Of a stretch of 64,000 bases of DNA, positions 23,768 to 37,400 are shown in pieces (position 1 is the first letter of the stretch; every line of letters starts with the position of its first letter). The stretch lies in contig NC_091480.1 in the NCBI RefSeq assembly GCF_036971445.1, positions 99,634,001 to 99,698,000 on the forward strand, in the 5' to 3' direction. The position numbers and the translations under genes are program-made. The stretch comes from Narcine bancroftii. Taxonomy: Eukaryota. The notes below the pieces were generated by a model. That model was not told where the DNA came from. It ran no database searches and saw only the letters and a list, made by a program, of their open reading frames with translations.

Positions 23768-24385
23768 GTCTGCAGAGACCATGAAGTAAAAACATAATGC
23801 TGGAGAAACTTAGCAGGTGAAACACTACTTTATGGATAAAGATAAAGAAGCAGAACCAACTTTTTGGGCTTGAGCTCTTTATCAAGGTATGATGAAGTGT
23901 AGGCAGGCTCCTGTTCAGGACAGAACAAAAATCAACAGAAATCCCCACCACCAGACACACCTTCCACTCCCCTCCCTTCTCAGCTTTCCAGAAGGAATGC
24001 ACCCTTGTCCACTCATCCCTTCCCAGATGACATTGATATCGATTTCTCCAAATTCCGTTAGCCCCTTACCCTGGTTTCTCTCCCTACCCTTTTTATCTCA
24101 TACCCTCCAGCATTCCATCCCCTTCCTATCAGAGAACTCCCCTTAACCTTCTGTCTTCCATCACTTCTTTCTCTACTGTCCTCTCACATATCCACCTCTC
24201 ACCTATTAGTCTGTGCTCCTTTCCTCTTCTCTCCTTCCCTCTTCATCTTCCCACTCCCCACCTTTTTATTCAGGCATCTGTTTTTCCACATTCTTGATGA
24301 ATAGCTCAGGCCCCAAACGTCGATTGCTTTTTACTTCCTATGGATGCTGTGTGACCTGCTGAGTTTGTCCAACACTTTTGTGCAT
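23768..24385. mobile_element. Penelope-like terminal region, inverted ends around a pyrimidine-rich tract
   Basis: atgctggagaaacttagcagg ... cctgctgagtttgtccaacac arms; hammerhead-like TTGATGA..AAACGTC at ~24294. Confidence 0.65.
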
Positions 24386-25679
24386 TACATGGACTGTTGT
24401 AACTGAGGTTGGAGCGATATTGGTTGCGGAGTAGAAGTGATGTAGATTAGTTCATTCCTGTGGAGAATTTAGTGGCTGTGAAGAGCAATATTGCATTTAG
24501 AAAGATTGTAAAGATGTTTGGAGTGGAATCAATTTATTTGATAGCCTGACTACAATTGAGTCTCTGGCCTGTTGATTAAGATCATGGCTTGCATGGTGTC
24601 AAGTAGCAGATATAGGATAGAGGTGAATTTCTGAAGGCTGCACAATTTGAGGATTCTGTCCATGGGTCTTGATTGATGGTCAGGTTTTATAAGGTCAAGA
24701 GGCCTTGTGTAGTGATGGCTGCCCATCACTAGGTCCTGCATGACAGTTATTTAAAATGGTAACAGAATGAGAGTAAAAGCTATTTTTTTCAAGGTGATTA
24801 AATTTTACTTCTACAATTTTATATATCCTGATTATATACAATACCATTTAAAATCTAGTTGTTTGTAAGTGTGCTTCTGCTACTTTTGAGGTACAGTCAT
24901 GTTTTTCTGCTTCCTGTGAAATTGTTTCTAGTGTTTGTCTAGGTTCCAACATTCTTTGAAGAACCCATTTTCTTGTCTTGACTGGTCATAACTGCAGTGT
25001 ATTAGAATGCAGTCCTTAACCCTCTGGGTCAACTTACTGGAAAAGATCAGTTACATAACTTGTATCGGTAGGCCACAATTCTGTCCATGTGCTTTTAAAA
25101 TCCAGATAATCTCTACCTTCTGTCCATGGAAAAGCAGGCATAATTCATCTTCAACATCTGGATTTTGTTCTGCAGTTTTTAACCAGCTTTTGTTGTTTCA
25201 CTCGCAAAATATGTTGAGTGTCTGGTGGGCTTGGAGCCATGGACCGCCATACTGTCCACATAAATTAATTCTGCAGTTACCTGTTCTCAGTGAACCATGT
25301 GTTAGAATGGGGATCCCGATATTTTTTGTTTAATTGTGCTTTATCTGAAGTAATGCAATGGTAATTACATTTTGGGAAGAGTCACTTTGATCTTCGCTGC
25401 AATTCTGATATTCCTCGTCTACAAGTCGCTTCATTTGCCACTTGATTCATTATCAGTTCATGTTTACAGTAAAGACTGAAGAATAGTCACGAGGGCAAAA
25501 CATCTGGAGAAAACGGGAAGGACTACAATGTGATGGGTTTTTTCCTGTACTTGACGTTGAAGTCTCAGAGGATGCTTGCTGAAATGTGCAGCATTTTGTA
25601 ATGCTGCTCCAAAGTTTGATGCTTTAGTGTGAAATTCTTCCAATGTGAGTGCAGTGCATACTGTTCAACCTGAGTTCTT

Positions 25680-26545
25680 GTTGAGGCAACCGTGAAGAAG
25701 GCACACCAATGCCTATATTATTTCCTTAGGAGCCTGAGGAGATTTGGCAGCTTGTGAATATTCTATCCAGCTTCTACAGGTGAATACCCTATCCAGCTCA
25801 ACACCCCACTGGATAATTTGATCATGGATTTCCTCACCTCCAGAACACACTCAGTAAGAATTGGCAAGAACATCGCCACAATTTCCATCAGTACTGGAGC
25901 ACCACAGGGCTGTGTTCTTAGCCCCCTCTCTACTCACTTTACACCTATGTCTGAATGGCAGCAGGGAAGAACCTGTCCTTGTGCCGCTGAGTGCTCATCT
26001 TTAGGCTCCTGTACCTTTTCCCTGATGGTAGCAGAGTGAAGAGGGCACGGCCTGGGTGGTGGGGGTCTCTGAGGATAGAGGCATTCTCAAGTTTACTGAC
26101 GAAACCACGAGAGTGGGTTCACTTTTCTGATAAAATTCAGTAGTGATCTGAATAATGTCTCGAAGGTTGTAAAAGTAATTGAATAAAATTAATCCAACAA
26201 GATGGTGAGTCCGCATAGAGGAGGGAGATTGAAAACTTGGCTGAATGGTGCACCAACAACAACCTCACACTCAATGTCACCGAAAACTAAGGAGCTGATT
26301 GTTGACTTCAGTAAGGGAAAGCCAGAGATGTACAATCCAGTGATGATTGGGGGATCAGAGGTTGGAAGGGTGAGCAAATTGAAGTTCTTGGGAGTCGCTA
26401 TCTGCCTCCCCTGCAGGAAAAAGAATCTTGAGGTTGTATGTGATGCCATGTATGTACTCGGACAATAAATCTGAACTGTGGAAAGTATATTGACTGGTTG
26501 CATTGCACCCTGGTTTAGTAATTGAAATGCAGAAGGATTCACCAT
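25680..26545 (+). mobile_element. Rex1/Babar-like LINE fragment, rearranged, with two templated insertions
   Basis: [21 protein letters not shown] and LNVTKTKELIVDF-type RT motifs. Confidence 0.7.
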
Positions 26546-28004
26546 ACACTAGTATAACTTGAATGTGGTATAGTATAAAGCCACATATCTAGTTTTGCTG
26601 CAGATTCAAAACAGCTTGCATTAGCTTGGCTGAAACCAACCTGTAAAATTCTTACAAAGATATTTTCTCCTTGTTCTCAACTGGTTAGCAGACCTCAATG
26701 TATTCCTGTTCCATACAATATGGTTGACCTTGTATTCATGTTCTGTACAGCTTGGTTGACCTTATATTTGTGTTCCATTCTACGCTGCTGTCTAGTTAAT
26801 GCTTGCTGATTTTTACTTCCTCTCTGTCCAGTTGGAGCCAGAGGAACATTTGTATTGATTTTTTTTTTCCCATATCTTTGCTGTTATCTAGCTGAACAGC
26901 TAGATGTCGGCTCAGAGAAGCAGGCTGGAATCTCAAGGCATCAGTGAGCAACTGGAGGAAGTAGGCGGGTCAGGCAGTGCAAGGGGAGAAATTAAGTCCA
27001 AGGATCAGCCCTTAAACCAAAGGGCATGAATGCTGAATGTCCTCGTTTCTGTTAACTCCCTCCCTGCTCTTTCCATTTCTTCTTTACCTATTCCTATTAT
27101 CATTACTCTCTTTCCTGTATCCCCACCTCTCCTACCTGTCCTGCACCCTCTCACCTCATGGCCCTCACCACCTTCTTTCCCCTTACATATTGGCAATATC
27201 ATCCATCCCCTTTTACTTGATGTAGCCTCCTGCCCTGCCCTCAGACGCTGTCTGAACCATGGAGTCCATCTAGCTGCTCATTGATGTCAGCCCAGGGAAT
27301 GAACTGTGTTCTCCGGTTTAGTTGCGCCCTCGGTTTGGTTTACAAACTGAGTGCAGCTGTCTCCCAGCCACAAGGGGTCAGAAGAATTCTTAGTCCTATA
27401 TCATCAAAGACCAGGTCTTCAGTGAGAGCATTAGAATTGAAAAAATTTAAAAGTGATTATATTGTGTGAAAAAGGTGAATTTTTCACTTTTCTGATAAAA
27501 TTCAGTAGTGATCTGAATAATGTTTCGAAGGTTGTAAAAGTAATTGAATAAAATTAATCCAACAAAATGATTCATTCTCAACTCCCCAGGGTGTAATTTA
27601 AAATAAATTATGTTGAATGAAATGCAAACTATTTTGTGTGGAACCCTGAAAAGTTTATTTTTATATAAATGAGACAATTTAATGTTTCTTGGGATAGTAA
27701 AATTGGGTGAAGATTTCAAGGATTGTTTTTATTTACACAAACTAGTGGGTATCTGGAATGCATTTGGAGGGGAGGGGGGTGGTGATAGGGACATGAATAT
27801 AATAAAAAATGGAGAGGTGGGGGATTATGGTCTGTTTAGGAGGGAAGGATTGGATCAATCCTAGAAAAGGATTATATCGGTCAGCCCAATGATATGGGCT
27901 GAAGGGCCTGTACTGGTTTAAAAGGATTGAGCAATTATTTAAAAAGACTGTTCAGATTACCAACTCCATCCTGTTTTTCAGACCTCTGCTTGTTTTCTCC
28001 ACAG

Positions 28005-28123
28005 GTACTTCCAGCATCGACACCACTTGTACAATCTGGGGTTTGGAAACAGGTCAGGTGCTTGGAAGAGTCAATCTGGTCTCTGGTCACGTGAAAACAC
28101 AGCTTATTGCTCATGATAAGGAG
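28005..28123 (+). CDS. DCAF7: DCAF7 coding exon 3
   Basis: ttctccacag| (G)TSSIDTTCTIWGLETGQVLGRVNLVSGHVKTQLIAHDKE |gtaatg; 119 nt; not in the ORF track. Confidence 0.97.
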
Positions 28124-28124
28124 G

Positions 28125-30785
28125 TAATGAATCTCCATCTCATCCATCACAGTTATAATGAAGTCTCCATCTCATCCATCAGTTATAATGAATCTCCATC
28201 TCATCCATCACAGTTATAATGAATCTCCATCTCATCCATCACAGTTATAATGAATCTCCATCTCATCCATCACAGTTATAATGAAGTCTCCATCCCATCC
28301 ATCACAGTTATAATGAATCTCCATCTCATCCATCACAGTTATAATGAAGTCTCCATCCCATCCATCACAGTTATAATGAATCTCCATCTCATCCATCACA
28401 GTTATAATGAATCTCCATCTCATCCATCACAGTTATAATGAAGTCTCCATCTCATCCATCACAGTTATAATGAAGTCTCCATCTCATCCATCACAGTTAT
28501 AATGAAGTCTCCATCTCATCCATCACAGTTATAATGAATCTCCATCTCATCCATCACAGTTATAATGAATCTCCATCTCATCCATCACAGTTATAATGAA
28601 TCTCCATCTCATCCATCACAGTTATAATGAATCTCCATCTCATCCATCACAGTTATAATGAAGTCTCCATCTCATCCATCACAGTTATAATGAAGTCTCC
28701 ATCTCATCCATCACAGTTATAATGAATCCCCATCTCATCCATCACAGTTATAATGAATCCCCATCTCATCCATCACAGTTATAATGAAGTCTCCATCTCA
28801 TCCATCACAGTTATAATGAAGTCTCCATCTCATCCATCACAGTTATAATGAAGTCTCCATCTCATCCATCACAGTTATAATGAGTCTCCATCTCATCCAT
28901 CACAGTTATAATGAACCTCCATCTCATCCATCACAGTTATAATGAAGTCTCCATCTCATCCATCACAGTTATAATGAAGTCTCCATCTCATCCATAACAG
29001 TTATAATGAAGTCTCCATCTCATCCATCACAGTTATAATGAAGTCTCCATCTCATCCATCAAAGTTATAATGAAGTCTCCATCTCATCCAACACAGTTAT
29101 AATGAAGTCTCCATCTCATCCATCACAGTTATAATGAAGTCTCCATCTCATCCATCACAGTTATAATGAAGTCTCCATCTCATCCATCACAGTTATAATG
29201 AAGTCTCCATCTCATCCAACACAGTTATAATGAAGTCTCCATCTCATCCATCACAGTTATAATGAATCTCCATCTCATCCATCACAGTTATAATGAAGTC
29301 TCCATCTCATCCATCACAGTTATAATGAAGTCTCCATCTCATCCATCACAGTTATAATGAAGTCTCCATCTCATCCATCACAGTTATAATGAAGTCTACA
29401 TCTCATCCATCACAGTTATAATGAATCTCCATCTCATCTATCACAGTTATAATGAATCTCCATCTCATCCATCACAGTTATAATGAATCTCCATCTCATC
29501 CATCACAGTTATAATGAAGTCTCCATCTCATCCATCACAGTTATAATGAATCTCCATCTCATCCATCACAGTTATAATGAAGTCTCCATCTCATCCATCA
29601 CAGTTATAATGAATCTCCATCTCATCCATCACAGTTATAATGAAGTGTCCATCTCATCCATCACAGTTATAATGAAGTCTCCATCTCATCCATCACAGTT
29701 ATAATGAATCTCCATCTCATCCATCACAGTTATAATGAAGTCTCCATCTCATCCATCACAGTTATAATGAAGTCTCCATCTCATCCATCACAGTTATAAT
29801 GAAGTCTCCATCTCATCCATCACAGTTATAATGAAGTCTCCATCTCATCCATCACAGTTATAATGAAGTCTCCATCTCATCCAACACAGTTATAATGAAG
29901 TCTCCATCTCATCCATCACAGTTATAATGAAGTCTCCATCTCATCCATCACAGTTATAATGAAGTCTCCATCTCATCCATCACAGTTATAATGAAGTCTC
30001 CATCTCATCCATCACAGTTATAATGAAGTCTCCATCTCATCCATCACAGTTATAATGAATCTCCATCTCATCCATCACAGTTATAATGAAGTCTCCATCT
30101 CATCCATCACAGTTATAATGAAGTCTCCATCTCATCCATCACAGTTATAATGAAGTCTCCATCTCATCCATCACAGTTATTATGAAGTCTACATCTCATC
30201 CATCACAGTTATAATGAATCTCCATCTCATCTATCACAGTTATAATGAATCTCCATCTCATCATCACAGTTATAATGAAGTCTCCATCTCATCCATCACA
30301 GTTATAATGAAGTCTCCATCTCATCCATCACAGTTATAATGAAGTCTCCATCTCATCCATCACAGTTATAATGAAGTCTCCATCTCATCCATCACAGTTA
30401 TAATGAAGTCTCCATCTCATCCATCACAGTTATAATGAATCTCCATCTCATCCATCACAGTTATAATGAAGTCTCCATCTCATCCATCACAGTTATAATG
30501 AAGTCTCCATCTCATCCATCACAGTTATAATGAAGTCTCCATCTCATCCATCACAGTTATAATGAAGTCTCCATCTCATCCATCACAGTTATAATGAATC
30601 TCCATCTCATCCATCACAGTTATAATGAAGTCTCCATCTCATCCATCACAGTTATAATGAATCTCCATCTCATCCATCACAGTTATAATGAAGTCTCCAT
30701 CTCATCCATCACAGTTATAATGAAGTCTCCATCTCATCCATCACAGTTATAATGAATCTCCATCTCATCCATCACAGTTATAATG
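28125..30785. repeat. 30/31-bp minisatellite, ~87 copies
   Basis: Unit taatgaa(g)tctccatctcatccatcacagtta, highly homogeneous, starts at the exon 3 donor. Confidence 0.98.
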
Positions 30786-31299
30786 CTACTCAACTGAAGG
30801 CAGATCAACAGTAAAGAGCATAGGGCCTGTTTTCAACTCTGGTTCTGCTCAATTAGTTCATCATGGTTAGAATACTGCAATTCTCAAATATTTTCATGGA
30901 CCTATTTTGTGAGGGAAGATTACGAGTAATGAGATTGTCATGTTGCTGGTGTCGTTCTGCATTTAAAGGGAGTCCTGTCATATTGGTGCAAAGTTGATCA
31001 TAACTAGGGTTATTCTTGCAACTCGTACAATTATTGTCAAAGTCATTGCACTTTAACTGTAGTAATTATTTTAATAATAGTATGTTATTCTATAATGGCC
31101 AAGCATTCCCTCATCAGATTCTCACTTGCATGGCACAGCAAATAACATGACGAATGATCACTTATATCTGGGATGTAAACTTTTTAAACTGAGTATTCGT
31201 TAAAGATGCAGAGAGTATTTGGTTTAAACCAAATTATGTTCTGATAAATTTGGATCATTTAAGATGTTAAGAATATGATTATGGAATAAGAACTTACGA

Positions 31300-32405
31300 T
31301 TTCAGATTCAGAATTTATTGCCATGAACAAGTCACGAAATTCGGCATGAATAGTGAAAACATTCCTATACGCCATCTTCCAACAATGAAGAAAAAAAAAG
31401 TGCACAAAAAGAAAGACGGTGTCTTGGGTTCATGGATCATTCAGGAATCTGATGGCAGCAAGGAAGAACCTGTCCTTGTGCCGCTGAGTGCTCATCTTTA
31501 GGCTCCTGTACCTTTTCCCTGATGGTAGCAGAGTGAAGAGGGCATGGCCTGGGTGGTGGGGGTCTCTGAGGATAGAGGCTTCTTTTTTAAGATCCTGTCT
31601 CTTGTAGATGTCCTTGATGCAGTGAAGTCTGTTGCTTGTTATGTGATGAGTTAACAACCCTCTGGAGTTTTTCTTGCCCTGAGAGTTCGTGCCTCCATGC
31701 CAGGCAGTGATATAACCAGCCAGATGCTGTCCATGGAAGTTTTCGAGAGTCTTCAGTGATATATTGAATCTCCTCAAACACAAAGTATAACTGCTGGCAA
31801 GCCTTCTTTGTGATTGCATCAATATGGAGGCTTCAGAACAGATCCTCAGAGATGTTAACACCCAGAAATTTGAAGTTCTTGACCCTCTACTACTGAACCC
31901 TTGCTGAGAACTGGGTCGTGTTCCCCTGACTTCCTCCAGAAGTCCAAAATCGTCTTGGTTTTGCTAACGTTGAGTGCAAGGTCATTGGCATGACGTCGCT
32001 CAACCAGCTGATCTATCTCCCTCCTGTACGCTTCCTTGCCGTTTGTGATTCTGCCGACAACTGTGGTGTCATCGGCAAGTTTGTAGATAACATTTGAATT
32101 GTGCCTGGCCACACAGTCATGGGGCATAGAGAGTAGAACAGTGGGCTAAGCATGGATCCTTGAAATGTGTCTGTGTCAATAATTAGGGAGAAGACATTTC
32201 CAATTCAAACTGACTGTGGTCTTCCAATGAAAAAGTCAAGGATCCAGGGATGGGTGGAGGGGGTGCCGAGTCCCAGAGATGGTAACCTCTTGACCAACAC
32301 TGACGAAATTATGATGAAGGCTGAGCTGTAGTGGATGAAGAGCAGCCATGTGTATGAGTTGCTGTTTTCAAGGTGATCCAGAGCTGAGTGGAGAGCCACC
32401 ATTTG
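31300..32405 (-). mobile_element. Rex1/Babar-like LINE 3' portion
   Basis: HDCVARHNSNVIYKLADDTTVVGRI...ALNVSKTK; LFIHYSSAF; [21 protein letters not shown]. Confidence 0.8.
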
Positions 32406-32720
32406 GTGTGAAGTAATTGTGAATGATGAGTGAATTGCAGTGGGTCCAGACCTTTGCTTATTTACAGCCTTTTCCACACTAGTCACTGTTTCCTCCAGGA
32501 AATGTATAACGCCAATTTTTCAGGCTTGAGCCCTTCTTCAGAGAATAAACTAACCAATGCCTTGATTCAGGTCAATAAGATCACTGGTTTTGGGAATTGA
32601 AGCAAGGCCTTTCTTGACTTTTCAAATGTTTTTTCTCAATTTGCATCAATTCATTGGCTTCAATTGTGAAACTGCTGATGGTTGACCACCACATTGAATC
32701 TTGTTCTCTCCCTCCTGCAG

Positions 32721-32930
32721 GTATATGACATTGCTTTCAGTAGGGCAGGAGGTGGCAGGGACATGTTTGCATCCGTGGGTGCAGATGGCTCCGTGCGTAT
32801 GTTTGACCTTAGACACCTGGAACACAGCACCATCATTTATGAAGATCCCCAGCACCATCCATTACTTCGACTGTGTTGGAACAAGCAAGATCCTAATTAT
32901 CTGGCCACTATGGCAATGGATGGCATGGAG
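32721..32930 (+). CDS. DCAF7: DCAF7 coding exon 4
   Basis: ctcctgcag| [41 protein letters not shown]...ATMAMDGME |gtgagc; 210 nt. Confidence 0.97.
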
Positions 32931-34409
32931 GTGAGCCTAGAAAAGCAAGGGTGCATGCATAAGTGGTGCAGTAATTATAACATTTTCAGGACCATTGCAG
33001 GACTGAATTCAGCAAACCAGGTCTGTTCCTAATTCCAAGTGTCAGTGTGTCAATGAGTGATCTGTGAGAAGGGGAAATGTCAGGCAGGCATTGTACTGGT
33101 GGCTATCCAATGAGTGCAGTTAAAGCCAATGTTGTACAGCCTAGAAGTTTCATTTGCTTGTGTTTGGCCCATATTCCTCTAAATCATTCCTATCCACGAA
33201 CTTGTATAAAAATCTATTAAACATTGCAATTGCGCCTGTCTGGGGCCTTTTTTACCAGTTGTTCCATATACCCATTGCCCTCTGTGTAGAAAATTGTCCC
33301 TCATTTCCCTCTTTCAAATCTCCCTCTTGCTATAAATCTGTGCCCTTTAGTTATAAATTCCCCTACCATGGGATAAAGATTGTGACCATCCAACTTGTCT
33401 CTGTCCCTTAAGATTTTAGAAACCTCCTGATCTATGTTGTCTTGTAACAGGCTGGGGTCGTTTAATTGAATGGGTAAAGACAAACCAAAACGATAGATGA
33501 AGGAAAAAGACAAACAGAAAGTACTCAGCAGGCCAGGCCGCATCCGTAAGGAAAGAAACAGTTGACGTTTCAGGTTGTGCACCCTTTGATAGAACTGTAA
33601 GGTAGATGAGAGATTTTTGAAGCTGCAGGGAGGGTTGTGGAGGGGGAGAGAATGTCTTTGTTAGGGTAGATCTGGGGCTGGCCATGGGGATAAACTGTAA
33701 ACAAGTTATCTGGTCACTGATCAGCTTCTCCAGATTTCTGCATCTCCAATCTGTTGTCCCAAGAGATGGATGTTTAAAGATTCAAGGGCATTAGGTAAGT
33801 AAAACTAAGCTCTGATTAGTTACAACTTCTGCATAAATATTAAAGCATGAATGGGATAAAATGTACCTTTTATTGGTAATGTGCTGCCATTATTTAACAT
33901 CTGAAGCCAATGTATAAACCAGCTGTTAAGTATTTAATCTCATGATGACCCCTGTGTTTTAATTATTGAGACCTCTCTTCCTAATATTATAGGATGTCAC
34001 AAGAATTACAAATCACTAATTCAGCACAGTTTTACTTGAATTACTTGCCAGGCTCTTGGGGTTTGGAAAATGAATGTCATTGCTGAGACGAGCATTTTCT
34101 TTTGACAAAGGTTGTAGTTAATTTGTGCTTTGAAATCCAACAAGACCTTAATTTGAAAGGGAGCCAATGGCAGCTCCTGCCATCCTGTCCATTGCTCTTG
34201 ATTTTAATATCAGAATATTGACTGTTTTAGGAGAGACTTCCTCTCAAGTCAGACTTCTGTGAGCCAGCTAATTAGCAGAGTCCTGAACAGTTTCTTTGGT
34301 AATGTGGGCTTATTGCAGACTTAACCAGACCTATTCAGTTAAATATATTTTTTAAAATAATTTCAACATGGATCCTATTCATGTTGTCAAAGCAGTTTCA
34401 AAAAAAAAT

Positions 34410-37400
34410 CCCATTGGAGTCACGTGATGGAGTAGTGGCCGGTCGGGTAAAACCAGCCGTCTCCAGAAAAGAAGAAAAAAAAGTCAAAAAAAAGACAAAG
34501 TTCAACAAATATAAAATATAAGAAATAAAAGATAAAGTTGCAGAGAAGAGAAAGAAGATGGCACCCAAGAAGGAAAAAGTAAAAACAACAGGGAAAAGAA
34601 GACGAAAAGTCATCGGAAAAGAAAGAAGGCCTTACCTGCATGAAGGAACAGGGAGCTGTGGTGGCGAAGAACGCCCTTTCTCCAAGGTTGGTGTTGACCC
34701 TGTGGAGTCGCGACTCCCTGACTGGTGGACTGCAAAAATGGTTCTCTGAGCCAAACAAAAGTGCGCATGTGCGAGGAGTCGCGCATGAGCAGTGCGCAAT
34801 CTAAGGTAAAAGAAAACACCGATGGGAGGGGGCTCAGCCAAGGAGCGGGCAACCACGGCGCGACCAGCTGAGGGACGCCCGACACCAGGGCTCTCAGCTG
34901 GAAGATGAGGAAGGCAGCAGGAGCGGGAGTGAAGTGCCAGGTGAGAAAGAAAGTCGACGGGGTGAACGGCAAGAGGACCAACAGCAGGAGGCTCGACAAA
35001 ATGAGACAAGCAACTCATCAGGAAAGTCAGAAGAGACACAGATACAAAGAAGAGAAGAAGACGACACAAACACAGATACAGACACAGAAGAAGAGGAAGA
35101 AGACCAAGATCTTCACAGAGAAATAAAAGGTAAAACAGATGGACAGAATATAGATAAAGCTTTTTTTGAAGAACAAATGAGATCACTAAAAGAATGGTTG
35201 TCATTAGAATTTAGTGAAATTAAAAGAAAAATGAAAAGAACTGAATATAAACTGCAAAGATTAGAACTAGTCATGACAGAAATAGGGAAAACAGTAGAAA
35301 ATGTGTAAGAACGAGAAACGGCTGTAGAAATGGAAGTGAACAACTTAAGAGGAAAATTGGAAGAAAATTATAAAAAAATTAAAGAGACACAAGAGTTGTT
35401 TGCTCAGAAAATTGATATGTTGGAAAATTATAGTAGGCGAAACAACATAAAAATAGTGGGCCTGAAGGAAGATGAAGAAGGCACAGATATGAAAGAATTT
35501 ATAAAAGGATGGATCCCGAAGGTCCTGGGAACGACAGAAATTCAGGAAGAAATGGAAATAGAAAGGGCACAGAGAACACTAGCTCCGAAACCAGACACAT
35601 CAAAATCCAAGATCTATCTTAGTAAAATTTTTGAGATATACGACAAGAGAAAATATACTGGAGCGGGCAAGGAATAAAATTAGAGAAGATAATAAACCAT
35701 TGGAATACAAGGGTCAAAAAGTATTTTTTTACCCAGGCATAAGTTTTGAACTCTTAAAGAGGAGGAAGGAGTTTAATACAGCAAAATCAATCCTACGGAA
35801 AAAAGGTTTTAAATTCATGTTAAAACATCCAGCTATGCTTAAAATATTTATCCCTGAGGAGCAAAACAGACTGTTCTCAGATCCGGAGGAAGCACGAGAA
35901 TTTGCAGAACGCCTGCAGGACAGAAGGAGAGATGAAGAGATATAATAAGAATGAAGAATGTCGATAAAGTATATATAAAGATGTAAAAACAATGTATATG
36001 TAAAGAACTAAAGAAGGAAAAGAGAAGGGAAAGAAGGAAGTAAGGGCGGAAAAAGGAGAGCTTTGTTATGTGTTTTTTTTTTAAAAAAAGTTTTCTGGGG
36101 GGGAGAGAATAACCATCATTGCGAAATCAGTTGATGCTTGCGAACAAGATCGCAATCCAAATGGAAAGGGGAGTTGTGGTTGCCCGGCAAGGGATAAGGG
36201 GCAACTCAGAGGGGGGGGGTGGCATTTGGGGTTAAGATTAATATTCGATGTGGGAGTTGTTGGAGTATTTTATGTTTTAAATGTTGTCAAACATTGAGTT
36301 TGAAAAGGGAAAACTGAGAGATGAAAATGGGGAAAAGTGGTTGTGAGGAAGTGGAAATGAGGTGTAAACAGGATATGAGATGGCCACGTTGAACTATCTG
36401 ACTATAAACATTAATGGAATACATAGCCAAATTAAAATGGATATTAAATTTACTGAAAAAAGAAGAAAATAGATAGAGCATTTGTGCAGGAAATTCATCT
36501 AACTGAAGTGGAACATAACAAATTAAAGAGAGACTGGGTAGGACACGTAACGGCAGCATCATATAATTCAAAAGCCAGAGGTGTCGCTATATTAATCAAT
36601 AAAAATGTACCAATCAAAATAGAGGAGGAAATAATAGATCTAGCAGGGAGGTATGTAATGATAAAGTGTCAGATATATTCAGAATTTTGGAATTTGCTCA
36701 ATATATATGCACCTAATGAGGAGGATCAAAAGTTTATGCGGTATATTTTTTAAGATTGTAGATACACAAGGAAATATATTGAAAGGAAGGGATTTTAACC
36801 TTAATTTGGATCCAATGTTGGATAAAACTGGACAAAAGACAAGCAAAAAGAATAAAGTGGCCAAATTTATGGTTAAATCAATGCAGGAAATGAAACTTAT
36901 GGATATATGGAGGAGGCAGCACCCAAGAGAGAAGGAATACTCATATTATTCGAGAAGGCATAAAACATACTCAAGGATTGATATGTTTTTGTTGTTGGCC
37001 CATATTCAAGGGAGAGTTATGAAAACTGAGTATAAAGCTGGACTACTATCTAATCATTCACCCCTGTTATTAGTAATAGAACTGGAGGACATCCCACCAA
37101 GAACCTGTAGATGGATATTAAACTCCATGATACTTAAAAGGCAGGAATTTAGAGAGTTTATTGAACGCCAAATTAAAACATATTTTGAAATAAACATGGA
37201 ATAGTGAAAGACAAATTTATATTATGGGACGCAATGAAAGCCTTCATTAGAGGGCAGATAATAAGTTATGTAACTAAGATTAAAAAGGACTACAGTTGGG
37301 AAATAGAGCAGTTGGAAAGGGAGGTAGTAAGTACAGAAAAGGAACTAGTAAAAAGGATGATTTTACAGGGAGAGATTGGGCAGATTAGGTCTTTATTCTT

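Noticed and set aside
28125-30785. CRISPR-like array of ~30-bp repeats
   Set aside because: No unique spacers, no cas genes, and vertebrate intron context; it is a head-to-tail minisatellite
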